Assembly: GCA_963765495.1 (NCBI GenBank) | Contig: CAVXWP010000012.1 | Coordinates: 149,097 to 213,096, forward strand | Direction of reading: 5' to 3' | From: Blastocatellia bacterium | GTDB lineage: Bacteria > Acidobacteriota > Blastocatellia > UBA7656 | DNA: 64,000 nt | Shown: positions 22,976 to 33,623 of the stretch, one piece after another | Layout of the letters: each line of letters starts with the position of its first letter | Position numbering within the stretch: the first letter of the stretch is position 1 | Position numbers and translations under genes: made by a program | The notes under the pieces: model-generated | What the model saw: the letters and a program-made list of their open reading frames with translations, nothing else | Told to the model about the DNA's origin: nothing | The model's database searches: none

Positions 22976-24565
22976 ATGCCTGAAAGAGAAAAGCCAGACC
23001 TCGTTTCTGAACATTCTGCCTACAACAAGCTAAAAAATCCTTTGCGCGAGGGGATGAGGATTCAACGTGCCGCCGAACCCTGCGCTATGGTGCTGTTCGG
23101 CGCGTCGGGCGACCTCGCCCGCAGAAAGCTCATCCCCGCGCTCTTCAATCTGTGGCTCCAGCAGTTGCTCCCTCCGGGGTTCACACTGCTCGGCACATCG
23201 CGCACCGAAATGGGAACAGACGAGTTTCGCCGGATAATGCGCGATGCGATAAGCGAATTCGAGCCCGATCTGAAGTTTGATGAACAGATGTGGCAGGCTT
23301 TTGCCGAAGGATTATTTTACGCGGCGGCCGATGCCGCAAAAGCGAGTGATTTCAAGACCCTGTTTTCGGAGCTTCAGCGGATCGAGCGCGAGCGCGGAAC
23401 CGAAGGCAATCGCCTGTACTACCTCTCGATCCCTCCGAGCCTGTTCGACGCGATTGCCGATCAGATAAAAGAGTTCAATCTGACAAAACGCGAAAAAGGG
23501 TGGGACCGAATAGTACTTGAAAAGCCCTTTGGCCGCGACCTCGACTCTGCCATCGAACTCAACGATAAGCTCGGAGAGATTTTCCGCGAAGACCAGGTAT
23601 TTCGCATCGATCATTTTCTCGGCAAAGAGACGGTCCAAAACCTGCTGGTCTTTCGTTTCTCGAACGGTTTGTTCGAGCCCGTCTGGAATCGCCGCTATGT
23701 GGATCACGTGCAGATCACGGCCGCCGAGCAGATCGGCGTAGGCTCGCGGGCGGGATTTTACGAAGAGGCGGGCGCGCTCCGCGATATGATTCAAAACCAC
23801 TGCATTCAGCTTCTGTCGCTTGTGGCGATGGACCCTCCCGTATCGTTTGAGGCCGAAGACGTGCGCAATGAAAAGGTGCGGCTCATGCACGCGATTCGCC
23901 CGTTTACGCACGAAGAGGTAAACGAGGCGGCCGTGCGCGGGCAGTACGGACCCGGCACGGTCAACGGAGAGCGCGTTGCTGGTTATCGCGAAGAAGAGGG
24001 GGTTGATCCTGAATCTGCGACCGAAACATACGCGGCGGTGAAGTTTGCCATCGACAACTGGCGCTGGGCCGATGTGCCTTTTTATATCCGTTCGGGGAAG
24101 CGACTGGCCAAGAGAGTGACCGAGATCGCCATCAGATTCAAGCGCGTGCCTCATCTCTTATTCGGGCGCACGCCTGAAAATCAAATCGAGCCGAATCAGT
24201 TGATACTTCGCATACAGCCGGACGAAGGCATAACGCTCAGGTTCGGCGCAAAGGTGCCCGATCTGGAAGAATCCGAAGAGATGAAAATCCGCCAGGTCAA
24301 CATGACTTTTGAATACGACACGACGTTTGCCTCAGAGTTGCCGGAAGCCTACGAGCGATTGCTGCGCGACGCGATGCTCGGAGATGCGCGCCGTTTTGCG
24401 CGACGCGACATGGTCGAGACCGCGTGGGCAATCGTTCAGCCTATACTCGATGTCTGGGGAGACGAGCGACCCGAGGATTTTCCAAACTACGACGCGGGCA
24501 CGTGGGGGCCGGAGGCGGCTGATAAGTTGATAGAAAAAGACGGCTGCCGATGGCGCAGGCCATAA
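22976..24565 (+). CDS. zwf: Glucose-6-phosphate 1-dehydrogenase
   Basis: GASGDLA, EKPFG, RIDHFLGKE, RDMIQNH. Confidence 0.96.
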   Translation: MPEREKPDLVSEHSAYNKLKNPLREGMRIQRAAEPCAMVLFGASGDLARRKLIPALFNLWLQQLLPPGFTLLGTSRTEMGTDEFRRIMRDAISEFEPDLKFDEQMWQAFAEGLFYAAADAAKASDFKTLFSELQRIERERGTEGNRLYYLSIPPSLFDAIADQIKEFNLTKREKGWDRIVLEKPFGRDLDSAIELNDKLGEIFREDQVFRIDHFLGKETVQNLLVFRFSNGLFEPVWNRRYVDHVQITAAEQIGVGSRAGFYEEAGALRDMIQNHCIQLLSLVAMDPPVSFEAEDVRNEKVRLMHAIRPFTHEEVNEAAVRGQYGPGTVNGERVAGYREEEGVDPESATETYAAVKFAIDNWRWADVPFYIRSGKRLAKRVTEIAIRFKRVPHLLFGRTPENQIEPNQLILRIQPDEGITLRFGAKVPDLEESEEMKIRQVNMTFEYDTTFASELPEAYERLLRDAMLGDARRFARRDMVETAWAIVQPILDVWGDERPEDFPNYDAGTWGPEAADKLIEKDGCRWRRP

Positions 24566-24587
24566 TAATAGAGAAAGCGAGACCTTG

Positions 24588-25130
24588 ATGCCGACATTTG
24601 CAAGAACCATCAATGTGGAGATGGAATGGCTCGATGACGCGAGTTTCGAGATACGCGGCACGCTCAAAGATAACGTCCATTCGCTTCGAGCGCGCCTCGT
24701 CGTGGGCTTTCCCGATTATGTGATACGCGAGGCCACGGGCGAGATAAACCGTATGCCTTACCCCGGTTTTTGCACGGGCGCGGTCGCGCCGCTCGAAAGC
24801 CTCGCGGGTCTCAGGATAGGGCGGGGTTTTCGCAAGCGGGCGGGCGAACTGCTTGGCGGGGCCGCAAGCTGCAATCATCTGCACACGCTCATAAACGATA
24901 TGGCCGCAAGCGCCTTTCAGATGAATTATCTGGCGGCCAAGCAAAGACCCGAAGCCGCCAAAGCTATTCGTGAGCTTGGCGACGATCACGCGCGCCGCCG
25001 CGAGATGGTGCTCGGATGGATGCCGCAGTTAAGGGATACCTGTTATGTTTTCAGCGAGGCCAACGATTCGCTCTTTCAACTGAAGAGAGAGAGACTGCCT
25101 GAAGATGATCCTATTGTAAAATCTGAGTGA
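24588..25130 (+). CDS. DUF2889-like protein
   Basis: PY..C, L.GL.IG.GF, GGAASCNHL motifs. Confidence 0.7.
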   Translation: MPTFARTINVEMEWLDDASFEIRGTLKDNVHSLRARLVVGFPDYVIREATGEINRMPYPGFCTGAVAPLESLAGLRIGRGFRKRAGELLGGAASCNHLHTLINDMAASAFQMNYLAAKQRPEAAKAIRELGDDHARRREMVLGWMPQLRDTCYVFSEANDSLFQLKRERLPEDDPIVKSE

Positions 25131-25142
25131 GGAGTCACAGGG

Positions 25143-25583
25143 ATGGGAAAATATTTTGAAGACTTCGAACCGGGCGAAGAGTCCGTGACCGCAGGCCGCA
25201 CTATAACAGAGACCGACATAGTGAATTTCGCAGGCATAACCGGCGACTGGAACGAGATTCACACAAACAGGGAGTTGGCCGAGCGCGGCCCCTTCAAGCA
25301 GCGCATAGCTCACGGCGCGCTCATCTTCTCAATCTCTACGGGGCTCTCCGTGCGAATGGGGCAGACCGCCGACACGGTGATAGCCTTTTACGGGCTCGAC
25401 CGGCTGAGGTTCGTCAAGCCGACCTTTATCGGTGATACGATCCACGTTCGCCAGAAGGTAGAAGAGAAGATGGAACGGGACGAACGCTCCGGGCTCATCA
25501 CTATGCTCAACGAAGTGATCAACCAGCGGGATGAAGTAGTCGTAAGCTATACGGCGAAAGTGCTGCTCAAGCGCCGCGCCTGA
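25143..25583 (+). CDS. MaoC-like dehydratase
   Basis: FAGITGDWNEIH, RIAHG, FVKPTFIGDT. Confidence 0.9.
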   Translation: MGKYFEDFEPGEESVTAGRTITETDIVNFAGITGDWNEIHTNRELAERGPFKQRIAHGALIFSISTGLSVRMGQTADTVIAFYGLDRLRFVKPTFIGDTIHVRQKVEEKMERDERSGLITMLNEVINQRDEVVVSYTAKVLLKRRA

Positions 25584-25657
25584 CAACAGGATTAACAAGA
25601 TTTGGAAGGATTAACAGGATTCTTTCCTTATCTTCTTGAATCCTGTTAATCCTGTCT
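25582..25657. repeat. Nonamer tandem-repeat palindrome (ACAGGATTA family)
   Basis: acaggattaacaagatttggaaggattaacaggatt ... aatcctgttaatcctgtc. Confidence 0.8.
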
Positions 25658-25733
25658 AAAAAAACCGGCTCTCCATTCTCGTGCGCTCCGATTCAGCGCC
25701 GGGGTCATATTTTGATCGCGAGAGGTTCGATCA

Positions 25734-26291
25734 ATGCCTGTCAACAGAACTGATACTGCGCGAAGGTTTCTGGCCAAAGAGATGGCGAAGCTCTCGGAAC
25801 AGGAGCGCGCTATAATCGAACGGTTCATCCATCGCGGGCGGGTGGCGCGCAACGTAGCCCACGAGTTCGAGCAGCAATTGTCGATGGGCGAGCGCGTCTC
25901 TGATCGTTTTGCCGAGGTGATGGGTTCGTGGCGGTTTATAATAATTCAATCCATAATCCTCGTCATCTGGGTTGCGCTCAATATCACGGCCTACGTCCGG
26001 CACTGGGACCCTTATCCGTTTATCCTGCTCAACCTGGCGCTCTCGTTTCAGGCCGCATACGCCGCGCCGATCATAATGATGAGCCAGAACCGGCAGGCCG
26101 ACAAAGACCGCCTGCAATCGAAAAACGATTATGAGGTAAACCTCAAGGCTGAGATGGAGATCATGCAACTGCACGAAAAACTGAACGAGTTGCGCGACCT
26201 CTACTGGGCCGACCTGATTCAAATGCAGCAGAGGCAGATCGAGTTGCTTGAGCGGATAGAATGCTCGGTTGACAGATCGATTTCCGAGTAG
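25734..26291 (+). CDS. DUF1003 membrane protein
   Basis: GSWRF, DPYPFILLNL, APIIMMSQNRQ. Confidence 0.9.
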   Translation: MPVNRTDTARRFLAKEMAKLSEQERAIIERFIHRGRVARNVAHEFEQQLSMGERVSDRFAEVMGSWRFIIIQSIILVIWVALNITAYVRHWDPYPFILLNLALSFQAAYAAPIIMMSQNRQADKDRLQSKNDYEVNLKAEMEIMQLHEKLNELRDLYWADLIQMQQRQIELLERIECSVDRSISE

Positions 26292-26312
26292 TGACTGCAC
26301 AAGGAGATTAAT

Positions 26313-27995
26313 ATGCAAACGATGACGGGCGCGGAAGCGCTGTACGAAATGCTTGTGCGCGAAGGCACACGCTATGTATTCGGCAACCCCGGAACGACCG
26401 AGCTTCCGCTTATGGATTTGTTCGCCGCCCGCGACGAGATCACATACATTCTGGCTTTGCACGAAGATTCCGCTCTGGGGATGGCCGCGGGCTACGCCGA
26501 TGCTACGGGGCGGGCGGCTGTCGTCAATCTTCACACGAATCCGGGGCTTGCTCACGCGCTCGGCAATCTCTATAACGCATATCGCGCGGGCACTCCGCTG
26601 ATAGTCACAGCCGGGCAGCAGGACACGCGGGCGATGATTGACGAGCCGCTTCTGTTTGCGGACATGCTTGAACTCGCCCGCCAGCATACGAAGTGGGTAT
26701 GGGAAGCGCGTCACGCATCCGAGGTGCCCCGCCTTGTGGCTCGCGCATTCAAGATAGCCGAGACCCCGCCGACCGGCCCCGTCTTCATCTCCTTTCCCGT
26801 GGATGTTCTCGAAGAAAAGGCCGACATCGAATTGCCCGCGATCACTCGAATAGGCTCGCGGATACGCGGCGACCGCGAAAAAATCGAAGAGGCGGCCAGA
26901 ATGCTTGCCACGGCGCAGAACCCTGCGATCATCGCGGGCGACGGCTGCGCGAGAAGCGGCGCGGTGCCGGAAGTCGTAAGACTTGCCGAAATCCTTGGCG
27001 CGCGAGCCCACGTCGAACCGCTAAACTCGCTGATGGATTTTCCAACGACGCATCCGCTTTATGCCGGGCCTCTGTTCCCAAACGCTCAACAGACAAACAC
27101 GATCCTCGAAGGCGTTGACGTGATTCTCCTGCTCGGAGTAAACACGCTCGCGCCCCTGGTCTATACCGGTGCCAGTATGCTTCCCCGTTCCGCGCGGCTC
27201 ATTCAGATAGATGTGAACGACCGCGAACTGGGCAAGAATTACTTTGCGGATGTAGCCGTGCTTGCCGACCCCCGCTCAGGCGTAGAAGAATTGATCGAGG
27301 CGCTTGCGCCGCTCGTCGCGGGAGGGGCGGCTGAAAAGATTGCCCATCGCAGAGAAGCTGTGACGGCGGCCATCGCGGAAGCGCGCGCAAAGTTTGTCGA
27401 GCAATCCCTATCAGCGCCCGATGAAGGGCCGATACCGCCCGCTTACCTTGTGCGCGAGATGCGCCGGGCGGCCTCAAAGGACGCCGTGCTCGTAGACGAA
27501 GCCGTGACATCGACGGCTTATGTCCGAACTCTTTTCGGCGCGGCGGAACCCGATACGTACTTTTATGCGAAGGCGGGGTCGCTTGGGCTTGGGCTTCCGG
27601 CGGCTGTAGGGGTCAAGCTTGCGATGCCCGACCGTCAGGTTATTTGCGCGGTGGGTGACGGGTCGGCGCTCTATTCCATTCAGGCGCTCTGGACGGCGGC
27701 GCGCTACAATCTGGCTGTAGTCTTTGTGATCTTTAACAACGCAAGCTACGCAATACTCAAAGGCGGATTGCTCGCGATGCAGGGCGCATCGGTCGAGCGC
27801 GGGAAGTTTACGGGGATGGATTTGACCGAGCCTGAAATTAATTTCGTAAAACTATCGGAGGGGCTGGGAATCGCGGCGCGCCAGGTCCTGAATAAATCAG
27901 AGTTGCAGCCCGCGCTCGACTGGGCGTTTGCACAAACGGGGCCGACTCTAATCGATGTGGCTATCAGCCGCGATGTGCGAAGCCTTTTGCGCTGA
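26313..27995 (+). CDS. ThDP-dependent enzyme, benzoylformate decarboxylase-like
   Basis: FGNPGTTELP, GDGS...NN ThDP motif. Confidence 0.88.
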   Translation: MQTMTGAEALYEMLVREGTRYVFGNPGTTELPLMDLFAARDEITYILALHEDSALGMAAGYADATGRAAVVNLHTNPGLAHALGNLYNAYRAGTPLIVTAGQQDTRAMIDEPLLFADMLELARQHTKWVWEARHASEVPRLVARAFKIAETPPTGPVFISFPVDVLEEKADIELPAITRIGSRIRGDREKIEEAARMLATAQNPAIIAGDGCARSGAVPEVVRLAEILGARAHVEPLNSLMDFPTTHPLYAGPLFPNAQQTNTILEGVDVILLLGVNTLAPLVYTGASMLPRSARLIQIDVNDRELGKNYFADVAVLADPRSGVEELIEALAPLVAGGAAEKIAHRREAVTAAIAEARAKFVEQSLSAPDEGPIPPAYLVREMRRAASKDAVLVDEAVTSTAYVRTLFGAAEPDTYFYAKAGSLGLGLPAAVGVKLAMPDRQVICAVGDGSALYSIQALWTAARYNLAVVFVIFNNASYAILKGGLLAMQGASVERGKFTGMDLTEPEINFVKLSEGLGIAARQVLNKSELQPALDWAFAQTGPTLIDVAISRDVRSLLR

Positions 27996-27996
27996 G

Positions 27997-28158
27997 TCAT
28001 TCTTCTTCGATCAGGCGGCGCGGGTCTTTTTTATGTTTCTCCCGCCGTTCTTCCTTGTGACGTTTGTCTTCGATTTTCTTTGTAGGCATTATCGGAGCAC
28101 GCTCTCGCGGGCGGAGTTTCTCTTTCTCAATAGTTATCTTTTCATTCTTTTTTGCCAT
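27997..28158 (-). CDS. Small basic protein (53 aa), below the ORF-track cutoff
   Basis: Manual translation MAKKNEKITIEKEKLRPRERAPIMPTKKIEDKRHKEERREKHKKDPRRLIEEE; GAGGGG upstream. Confidence 0.55.
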   Translation of the reverse strand: MAKKNEKITIEKEKLRPRERAPIMPTKKIEDKRHKEERREKHKKDPRRLIEEE

Positions 28159-28346
28159 GTTGTTCATGCCCCTCTTGTGCTAAAAGCTGATACATAGAAT
28201 GATTTTACCAAGGAATTGCCGATGTATCAGCCGGAAGTGAGATGTCACAGCCTCCGGGAATATTGACAGAGATTTCAGGCCGCATAAAATACACTGGATG
28301 GTTGGCGAATAGTCACACTCAGGTCGAGCGCGGGAGACGAATATAG

Positions 28347-29117
28347 ATGAGTTCAAACAATCCCCATATTCTGATCATCGAGGACGATGAGGATACGCGC
28401 TTCGTCTATAGCATACTGCTGAAGATGGAAGGCTATCTGGTCACAAACGTAGGCACCATCGCCGAAGGATTATCGAGAGTGCTTTCGACCAGTTACGATT
28501 TGATAATGATGGATGTCAGGCTCCCGGATGGAGACGGGGTCGAGTTATGCAGAAAGATAAGATCGTTCAATCGAGTGACCCCCATTCTGTTTGTCTCAGC
28601 CGCGGCATACGAAAAAGATGTTCAGCGCGGTATGCAGGCGGGCGCTCAAGGATATATCACAAAACCGGCCGATGCCGATAACCTGCTCGATAAAGTATCC
28701 TACCTGCTCGGACAAAAAGGGATGGGGTCGTCGCAGTTGGATTACACGGCGCTGGCGGGTCTGGTCGCGGAAGCGCCCGTCGCTGTGGCGCTGATAGATG
28801 CGAACCGGCAGTACAAGGCAGTAAGCCCGGCCTATGCAGCCGCGGGCGGGTACAAAAGAGCCGATTTGATAGGCAAGCCTGTGACCGATATTTTCCCTGA
28901 TGTAAGCGGAGAGGCGGGCCAGTTGCTCGAACAGGTTCAGCAGACCAAACAACCTTCTTTTATCTCGCGTTACGCCCTCTCGTTTCCCAACCAGCCCGAA
29001 CGCGGCATCACTTATTGGGACGCCGCGATGTGGCCCATCGAAAGCGGCCTGTCAGGCCCCGATATCCTGATCGTCGTTCGCCAGAAAGAGCAAAGCGGCG
29101 ACATTGCCACTACGTGA
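28347..29117 (+). CDS. Response regulator receiver + PAS domain protein
   Basis: ILIIEDD, MDVRLPD, KP; C-terminal PAS-like segment. Confidence 0.85.
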   Translation: MSSNNPHILIIEDDEDTRFVYSILLKMEGYLVTNVGTIAEGLSRVLSTSYDLIMMDVRLPDGDGVELCRKIRSFNRVTPILFVSAAAYEKDVQRGMQAGAQGYITKPADADNLLDKVSYLLGQKGMGSSQLDYTALAGLVAEAPVAVALIDANRQYKAVSPAYAAAGGYKRADLIGKPVTDIFPDVSGEAGQLLEQVQQTKQPSFISRYALSFPNQPERGITYWDAAMWPIESGLSGPDILIVVRQKEQSGDIATT

Positions 29118-29239
29118 GCAGAAGTAGGCAGTAGGCAGTTTGTAGTGACGGAGACGCATACCAACTACTCATATGCCATACCTGGCTAGGTGTTCCTGGC
29201 CTTTTAGCTTTGGACTTGATCGTCTGCCTACTGCCTACT
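29118..29239. repeat. Heptamer repeat palindrome (GTAGGCA)n...(TGCCTAC)n
   Basis: agtaggcagtaggcag ... ctgcctactgcctact. Confidence 0.75.
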
Positions 29240-31415
29240 TCTTCGGCGCCGGTACAGCGGGGCCGCCCGGCAAGGTGCGTCCGGGGATTCGCGGAACTGC
29301 GGGCGGCAGACTCTGATTCGGCCGAGCTTGCGGCAGACCCTGCGGCAGACCCCGACCGGGGAAACCGCCTGCCTGTCCCGGGCCCGGAATAGGCGATCCA
29401 CCGATTGGTGCGCCTATCGCTGAATCAATCAGGCTTTGATAGATTTTGATGTCGCCCGCGTCTTTCAGACGTTTCTCAAGCGCCTCCAGGTAATTCATAA
29501 ACAGGGCGGTGCGTTTGGTCGTCAGCAGATTCTCTTCGATGGATTTCTGCTGATTCTTAAACGCATCTCCCATATCGGGGTCGGTGCGGCTCAAAAGCGA
29601 TGCGACTACATATGTATCGTCTGACGGAGACTTTATCGGCTCGTGCGTTACCTGACCGGGACTCAGATTATAGATAGGGATGCGATTGCCTTCGTTTACC
29701 AGCGAGCCTATTGAATCGCTCGCCGTCAGGCTCTCTCTTTCGTCTATCTTCAATCCCATAGCGGCTACCGCCGCCTTCAGCGCATCGCCCGTCTGCGCCT
29801 GGGCAAGTTGCCTGGCGCGTTCTGCGGCCAGGTCTTTTGCTTTTTCAGCGCGATAACTGTTTTCGACTTTTGCTTTTACGTCTTCAAAATTGGCGTCGCG
29901 CGGATCGCTCTTTTCCAGATACCTCGCGACCGCGATACCGCCTGTGACGTTTATCGGCTCGGTCACATCGCCGGGGTTGGCAAGATTGAAGATCTGAGAC
30001 TCAAACTCGGAAGCCGTGCCGAGATCGGGGATGTTGTCGCCTACCGCAAATAGCGGCGTCTGTCTGGCCGTGGCCACTTCAGCGCCGTACTTGTCGTTGA
30101 TCTCTTTGGCCGCATCATCGGCCGACTTGTTCTCTTTCATCTTCTGCTGAACTTCGCCCGCGATCTCGATTGCCTTTGTGTAGCTCTTCTTAACGCGGGC
30201 TTCTTTCAACAGTTGCTCGCGCGCCTCTTCGAAAGTCGGGAGCTTTCGTTCGGTGACCTTCAGAATATAAAACTTATCGCCCTTGCGTATGGGCTGGCTC
30301 ACATCTCCCTGTTGCATGTTAAAGACGCGATTGAGCGGATCGTCCGTCTCGCGTTTGTCATTCTTGTTGATCCATCCGATGTCGCCACCTGAGGCTTTGC
30401 TCTTCGCATCGTTGCTGTACTGTCTGGCAAGCGCCGCGAAATCTTCTGCCTGCCCGTTGCCTGTGCCCTTGGCGCGGTTAACGATGTCTTCGGCCTTATT
30501 CTTTGCCTCTGCCGTCGGATCTGTAACGGGGGCGGCGGCGTTGCTGTTAGAAGTCTTGGCATCCTTACTCGGGGCGGCTTTGGGGATGTCGAGGACTATC
30601 TGGCTGACGCGCACCTGTTGTACGCCTCGTTCGGGGTTGAAATCCTGTTTCAATTCATCGTCGGTCACCTGCACGGTCGCCATCGCCTTGTTCTGATCGA
30701 CCAGCACATAGCCGGCGCGGCGCTGCTCCTGGTTTATGCGGAAATCAGACTTGTGCTCGTCGAAGTAAGCCATGAGACCGGCATCATCCACCTGGACTTT
30801 GTCGTGAAGCTCATTGGGATTCACTTCGACCCATCGAACGGTGTATTTGGTATTGTTGTGGCGGTAATCCTGTTCGACCTCTTCGGGCGAGACCTGAATG
30901 GCGGCCCCGATATAGCCGCGCAGCTTTTCTTCGGCTATGGCGGCCCGGAGATTATCTTCGAATTCAACGGGCTTTACGCCAACCTGTTGAAGCCGCGCAC
31001 GATACTGCTCGGGTCCGGGCCAGGGGTTGAATAATTGCTTGAGGCGATCCTGCACTTCGTTGTCTGTGGTCTGGAAGTTGAGCTTGTCGGCCTCGTAAAG
31101 GATCAGTTTCTGACGAACGAGATTGTCAATCACCTGTGGTCCGTAATTGGCGTAGATCACGGAGGGGTCGTCGACTCGCGTGGACCCTTGCCCGGAGGCG
31201 ATCTGCCGTCCGAAGGTCGAAAGCGCGGTGCGCAATTCTCCGAGCGTGATCTCACGATCAGCCACTTTGGCTATAACGGTGTCTTCGCCCCCCTGTCCTC
31301 TCAGCCCGCCTGCCGACGGCATGAAGACCACGATAAGACCCAGAGCCAGAAGCCCTACGAATATTATAAGCACGATATTGCGCGAACGTTTGCGTCTACC
31401 TAAAAACTTCAACAT
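29235..31415 (-). CDS. SurA N-terminal/PpiD-like parvulin peptidyl-prolyl isomerase chaperone
   Basis: N-terminal TM from ATG 31415; FAALARQYSND..S..SGGDIGW rotamase motif. Confidence 0.88.
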   Translation of the reverse strand: MLKFLGRRKRSRNIVLIIFVGLLALGLIVVFMPSAGGLRGQGGEDTVIAKVADREITLGELRTALSTFGRQIASGQGSTRVDDPSVIYANYGPQVIDNLVRQKLILYEADKLNFQTTDNEVQDRLKQLFNPWPGPEQYRARLQQVGVKPVEFEDNLRAAIAEEKLRGYIGAAIQVSPEEVEQDYRHNNTKYTVRWVEVNPNELHDKVQVDDAGLMAYFDEHKSDFRINQEQRRAGYVLVDQNKAMATVQVTDDELKQDFNPERGVQQVRVSQIVLDIPKAAPSKDAKTSNSNAAAPVTDPTAEAKNKAEDIVNRAKGTGNGQAEDFAALARQYSNDAKSKASGGDIGWINKNDKRETDDPLNRVFNMQQGDVSQPIRKGDKFYILKVTERKLPTFEEAREQLLKEARVKKSYTKAIEIAGEVQQKMKENKSADDAAKEINDKYGAEVATARQTPLFAVGDNIPDLGTASEFESQIFNLANPGDVTEPINVTGGIAVARYLEKSDPRDANFEDVKAKVENSYRAEKAKDLAAERARQLAQAQTGDALKAAVAAMGLKIDERESLTASDSIGSLVNEGNRIPIYNLSPGQVTHEPIKSPSDDTYVVASLLSRTDPDMGDAFKNQQKSIEENLLTTKRTALFMNYLEALEKRLKDAGDIKIYQSLIDSAIGAPIGGSPIPGPGQAGGFPGRGLPQGLPQARPNQSLPPAVPRIPGRTLPGGPAVPAPKK

Positions 31416-31626
31416 GACGGTTTTAATGCCTCCGATAGATTGCCTGGCCTGGCAGGCAAGAAAAATTTGATCCGGGAAAAAGGGAATTTTAGATGAATCC
31501 TTGCACCCTTGACAACCCTGCCGGAAAAAAGTTTTTGACACTCTCCCGGCAAATCTGCTAAATTCAGTCACTTGTAGACCTGTCCGTCTCCGCGGCATGG
31601 GCAAGTTCCGGCAGGGAAGGAAATAA

Positions 31627-33525
31627 ATGAGGAATATCACACTGGAAGAGGTCGCTCAGACCTATGGTGTGGAAAACTGGGGGGCAGGATACTTTGAGGT
31701 AAACCGAAAAGGACATCTTGCGGTACGCCCGGCCAAGGACGATCCCCGATCCGTTGATCTCAAAGAAGTCATAGACGATCTGGTAGAACAGCGCAAGCTT
31801 TCGCTACCCATCCTGATTCGGTTCCCGCAGATACTGGTCAATCAGCTAAAGAAGCTCAATAAATCCTTCAAGGAGTCGTCGCGCGAATTCGACTACGCCG
31901 GCAACCACTACGCCGTGTTTCCAATGAAGGTCAATCCCCGGCGCGAGGTTGTAGAAGAATTCTTGCGCGAAGGCAGAAGATACAACTTCGGCGTGGAATG
32001 CGGGTCAAAGGCCGAGCTTTACGCGGCGCTTTCGCTCAATCAGGCACCGGAATCGCTGCTTATCTGCAACGGGTTCAAAGATCAGTCCTTTGTGGACCTC
32101 GCTTTGATAGGGACTCGGATAGGCAAGCGAGTTATGATCGTCGTAGAGAAGCTCAACGAATTGAAGATGATCGTTCGCCGCGTGCAAGAGACGGGCGTGC
32201 GCCCCTGGATAGGGCTCAGGGCAAAGCTCTATTCGCGCGGATCTGGCAAATGGGCTTCATCGGGCGGCGAATCGGCCAAGTTCGGTCTCACTACCTCGGA
32301 AATACTCGATTGCATACGCGTGCTCCGCGAGTACGAGATGGAAGACTCGCTCAAGCTGCTCCATTTTCACATAGGCTCGCAGATAACCGACATCAAGCGT
32401 GTAAAGAACGCGATGAAGGAATCGGCCCGCGTCTATGCCAAGATACGCCAGATGCACATAAACATAGAATATCTGGACATAGGCGGCGGCATGGGCGTCG
32501 ATTACGACGGATCGAAGACCACCTTTGAATCGAGCGTAAACTATACTACGCAGGAATTTGCAAACGATGTGATCTACACTATAAAATCGGTTTGCGAAGA
32601 CGAGGGTGTGCCCGAGCCGCATCTGGTCACCGAAAGCGGGCGTGTGATGTCGGCATATCACGCTGTCTTTGTGACCTCTATCCGCGACGAGATTGAGACC
32701 TTTGCCGACGACCGGCCCGAAGTAACTGTAACCGATGACGACCCGCAGGTGATAATAGAGCTTAAAGACCTCTACGACGATATAAACGCAAAGGTCTATC
32801 GCGAATACTACCACGATGCGCTCGACCACAAAGACGAGTTGCACACGCAGTTTAATCTGGGGCTGATCAGTCTCGAAGACCGGGCCAAGGGCGAGGTGCT
32901 GTTCTGGGAAGTATGCGCGCGCGCATCAAAATTTGCCCGCGCTGCAAAGATACAGGAAGAAGAGTTTGATGAGTTGAAAAGGATTCTGGCGTCGAAGTAT
33001 CTTTGCAATTTTTCGGTCTTTCGCTCGGTGCCCGATCACTGGGCCATTGACCAGCTTTTTCCTATAATGCCCATACACCGGCTCAACGAAACGCCGACCG
33101 ACTATGCCACTTTCGTGGATATAACCTGCGATTCCGATGGCCATATAGACAAGTTCGTAGACCTTAAAGATGTGAAAGAAGTGCTCGAACTTCATCCTTT
33201 CACAGGCGACCCATATTACATAGGCATATTTCTGGTCGGCGCATATCAGGAGGTAATGGGCAGCTATCACAATCTTTTCGGCATGCCAAACGAGGCTCAT
33301 GTTAATATAGACAAGGACGGCCGTTATCACATTACCCGTACTGTTCAGGGCAGTCGCATCGGCGACATGATCGCTTTTGCACGCTACGACCGCAGTCAGG
33401 CATGGGAGAATTTTCGGCGAATGACGAAGGAGCGAGTGGACGGCGGACACCTCACTCAGGATGAAGCCGACGCCCTCGTCAAGCGATACGAAGATGATAT
33501 CAACCGGTATACATATCTAGAATAG
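31627..33525 (+). CDS. speA: Biosynthetic arginine decarboxylase
   Basis: FPMKVN, SGGESAKFGL, HFHIGSQ, DITCDSDG, GAYQE. Confidence 0.95.
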   Translation: MRNITLEEVAQTYGVENWGAGYFEVNRKGHLAVRPAKDDPRSVDLKEVIDDLVEQRKLSLPILIRFPQILVNQLKKLNKSFKESSREFDYAGNHYAVFPMKVNPRREVVEEFLREGRRYNFGVECGSKAELYAALSLNQAPESLLICNGFKDQSFVDLALIGTRIGKRVMIVVEKLNELKMIVRRVQETGVRPWIGLRAKLYSRGSGKWASSGGESAKFGLTTSEILDCIRVLREYEMEDSLKLLHFHIGSQITDIKRVKNAMKESARVYAKIRQMHINIEYLDIGGGMGVDYDGSKTTFESSVNYTTQEFANDVIYTIKSVCEDEGVPEPHLVTESGRVMSAYHAVFVTSIRDEIETFADDRPEVTVTDDDPQVIIELKDLYDDINAKVYREYYHDALDHKDELHTQFNLGLISLEDRAKGEVLFWEVCARASKFARAAKIQEEEFDELKRILASKYLCNFSVFRSVPDHWAIDQLFPIMPIHRLNETPTDYATFVDITCDSDGHIDKFVDLKDVKEVLELHPFTGDPYYIGIFLVGAYQEVMGSYHNLFGMPNEAHVNIDKDGRYHITRTVQGSRIGDMIAFARYDRSQAWENFRRMTKERVDGGHLTQDEADALVKRYEDDINRYTYLE

Positions 33526-33608
33526 GGGCCAGGGGCCGGGGGCCAGGGGCCAGGAAACTCAGTATGTCTGATCCTGACCCCCGCCCCCCCGACCCCCGAT
33601 CCCCGATT
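33524..33608. repeat. Heptamer repeat palindrome (GGGGCCA)n...(GACCCCC)n
   Basis: ggggccaggggccgggggccaggggccagg ... cctgacccccg...gacccccgatccccg. Confidence 0.8.
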
Positions 33609-33623
33609 GAGGCCAATAACACA

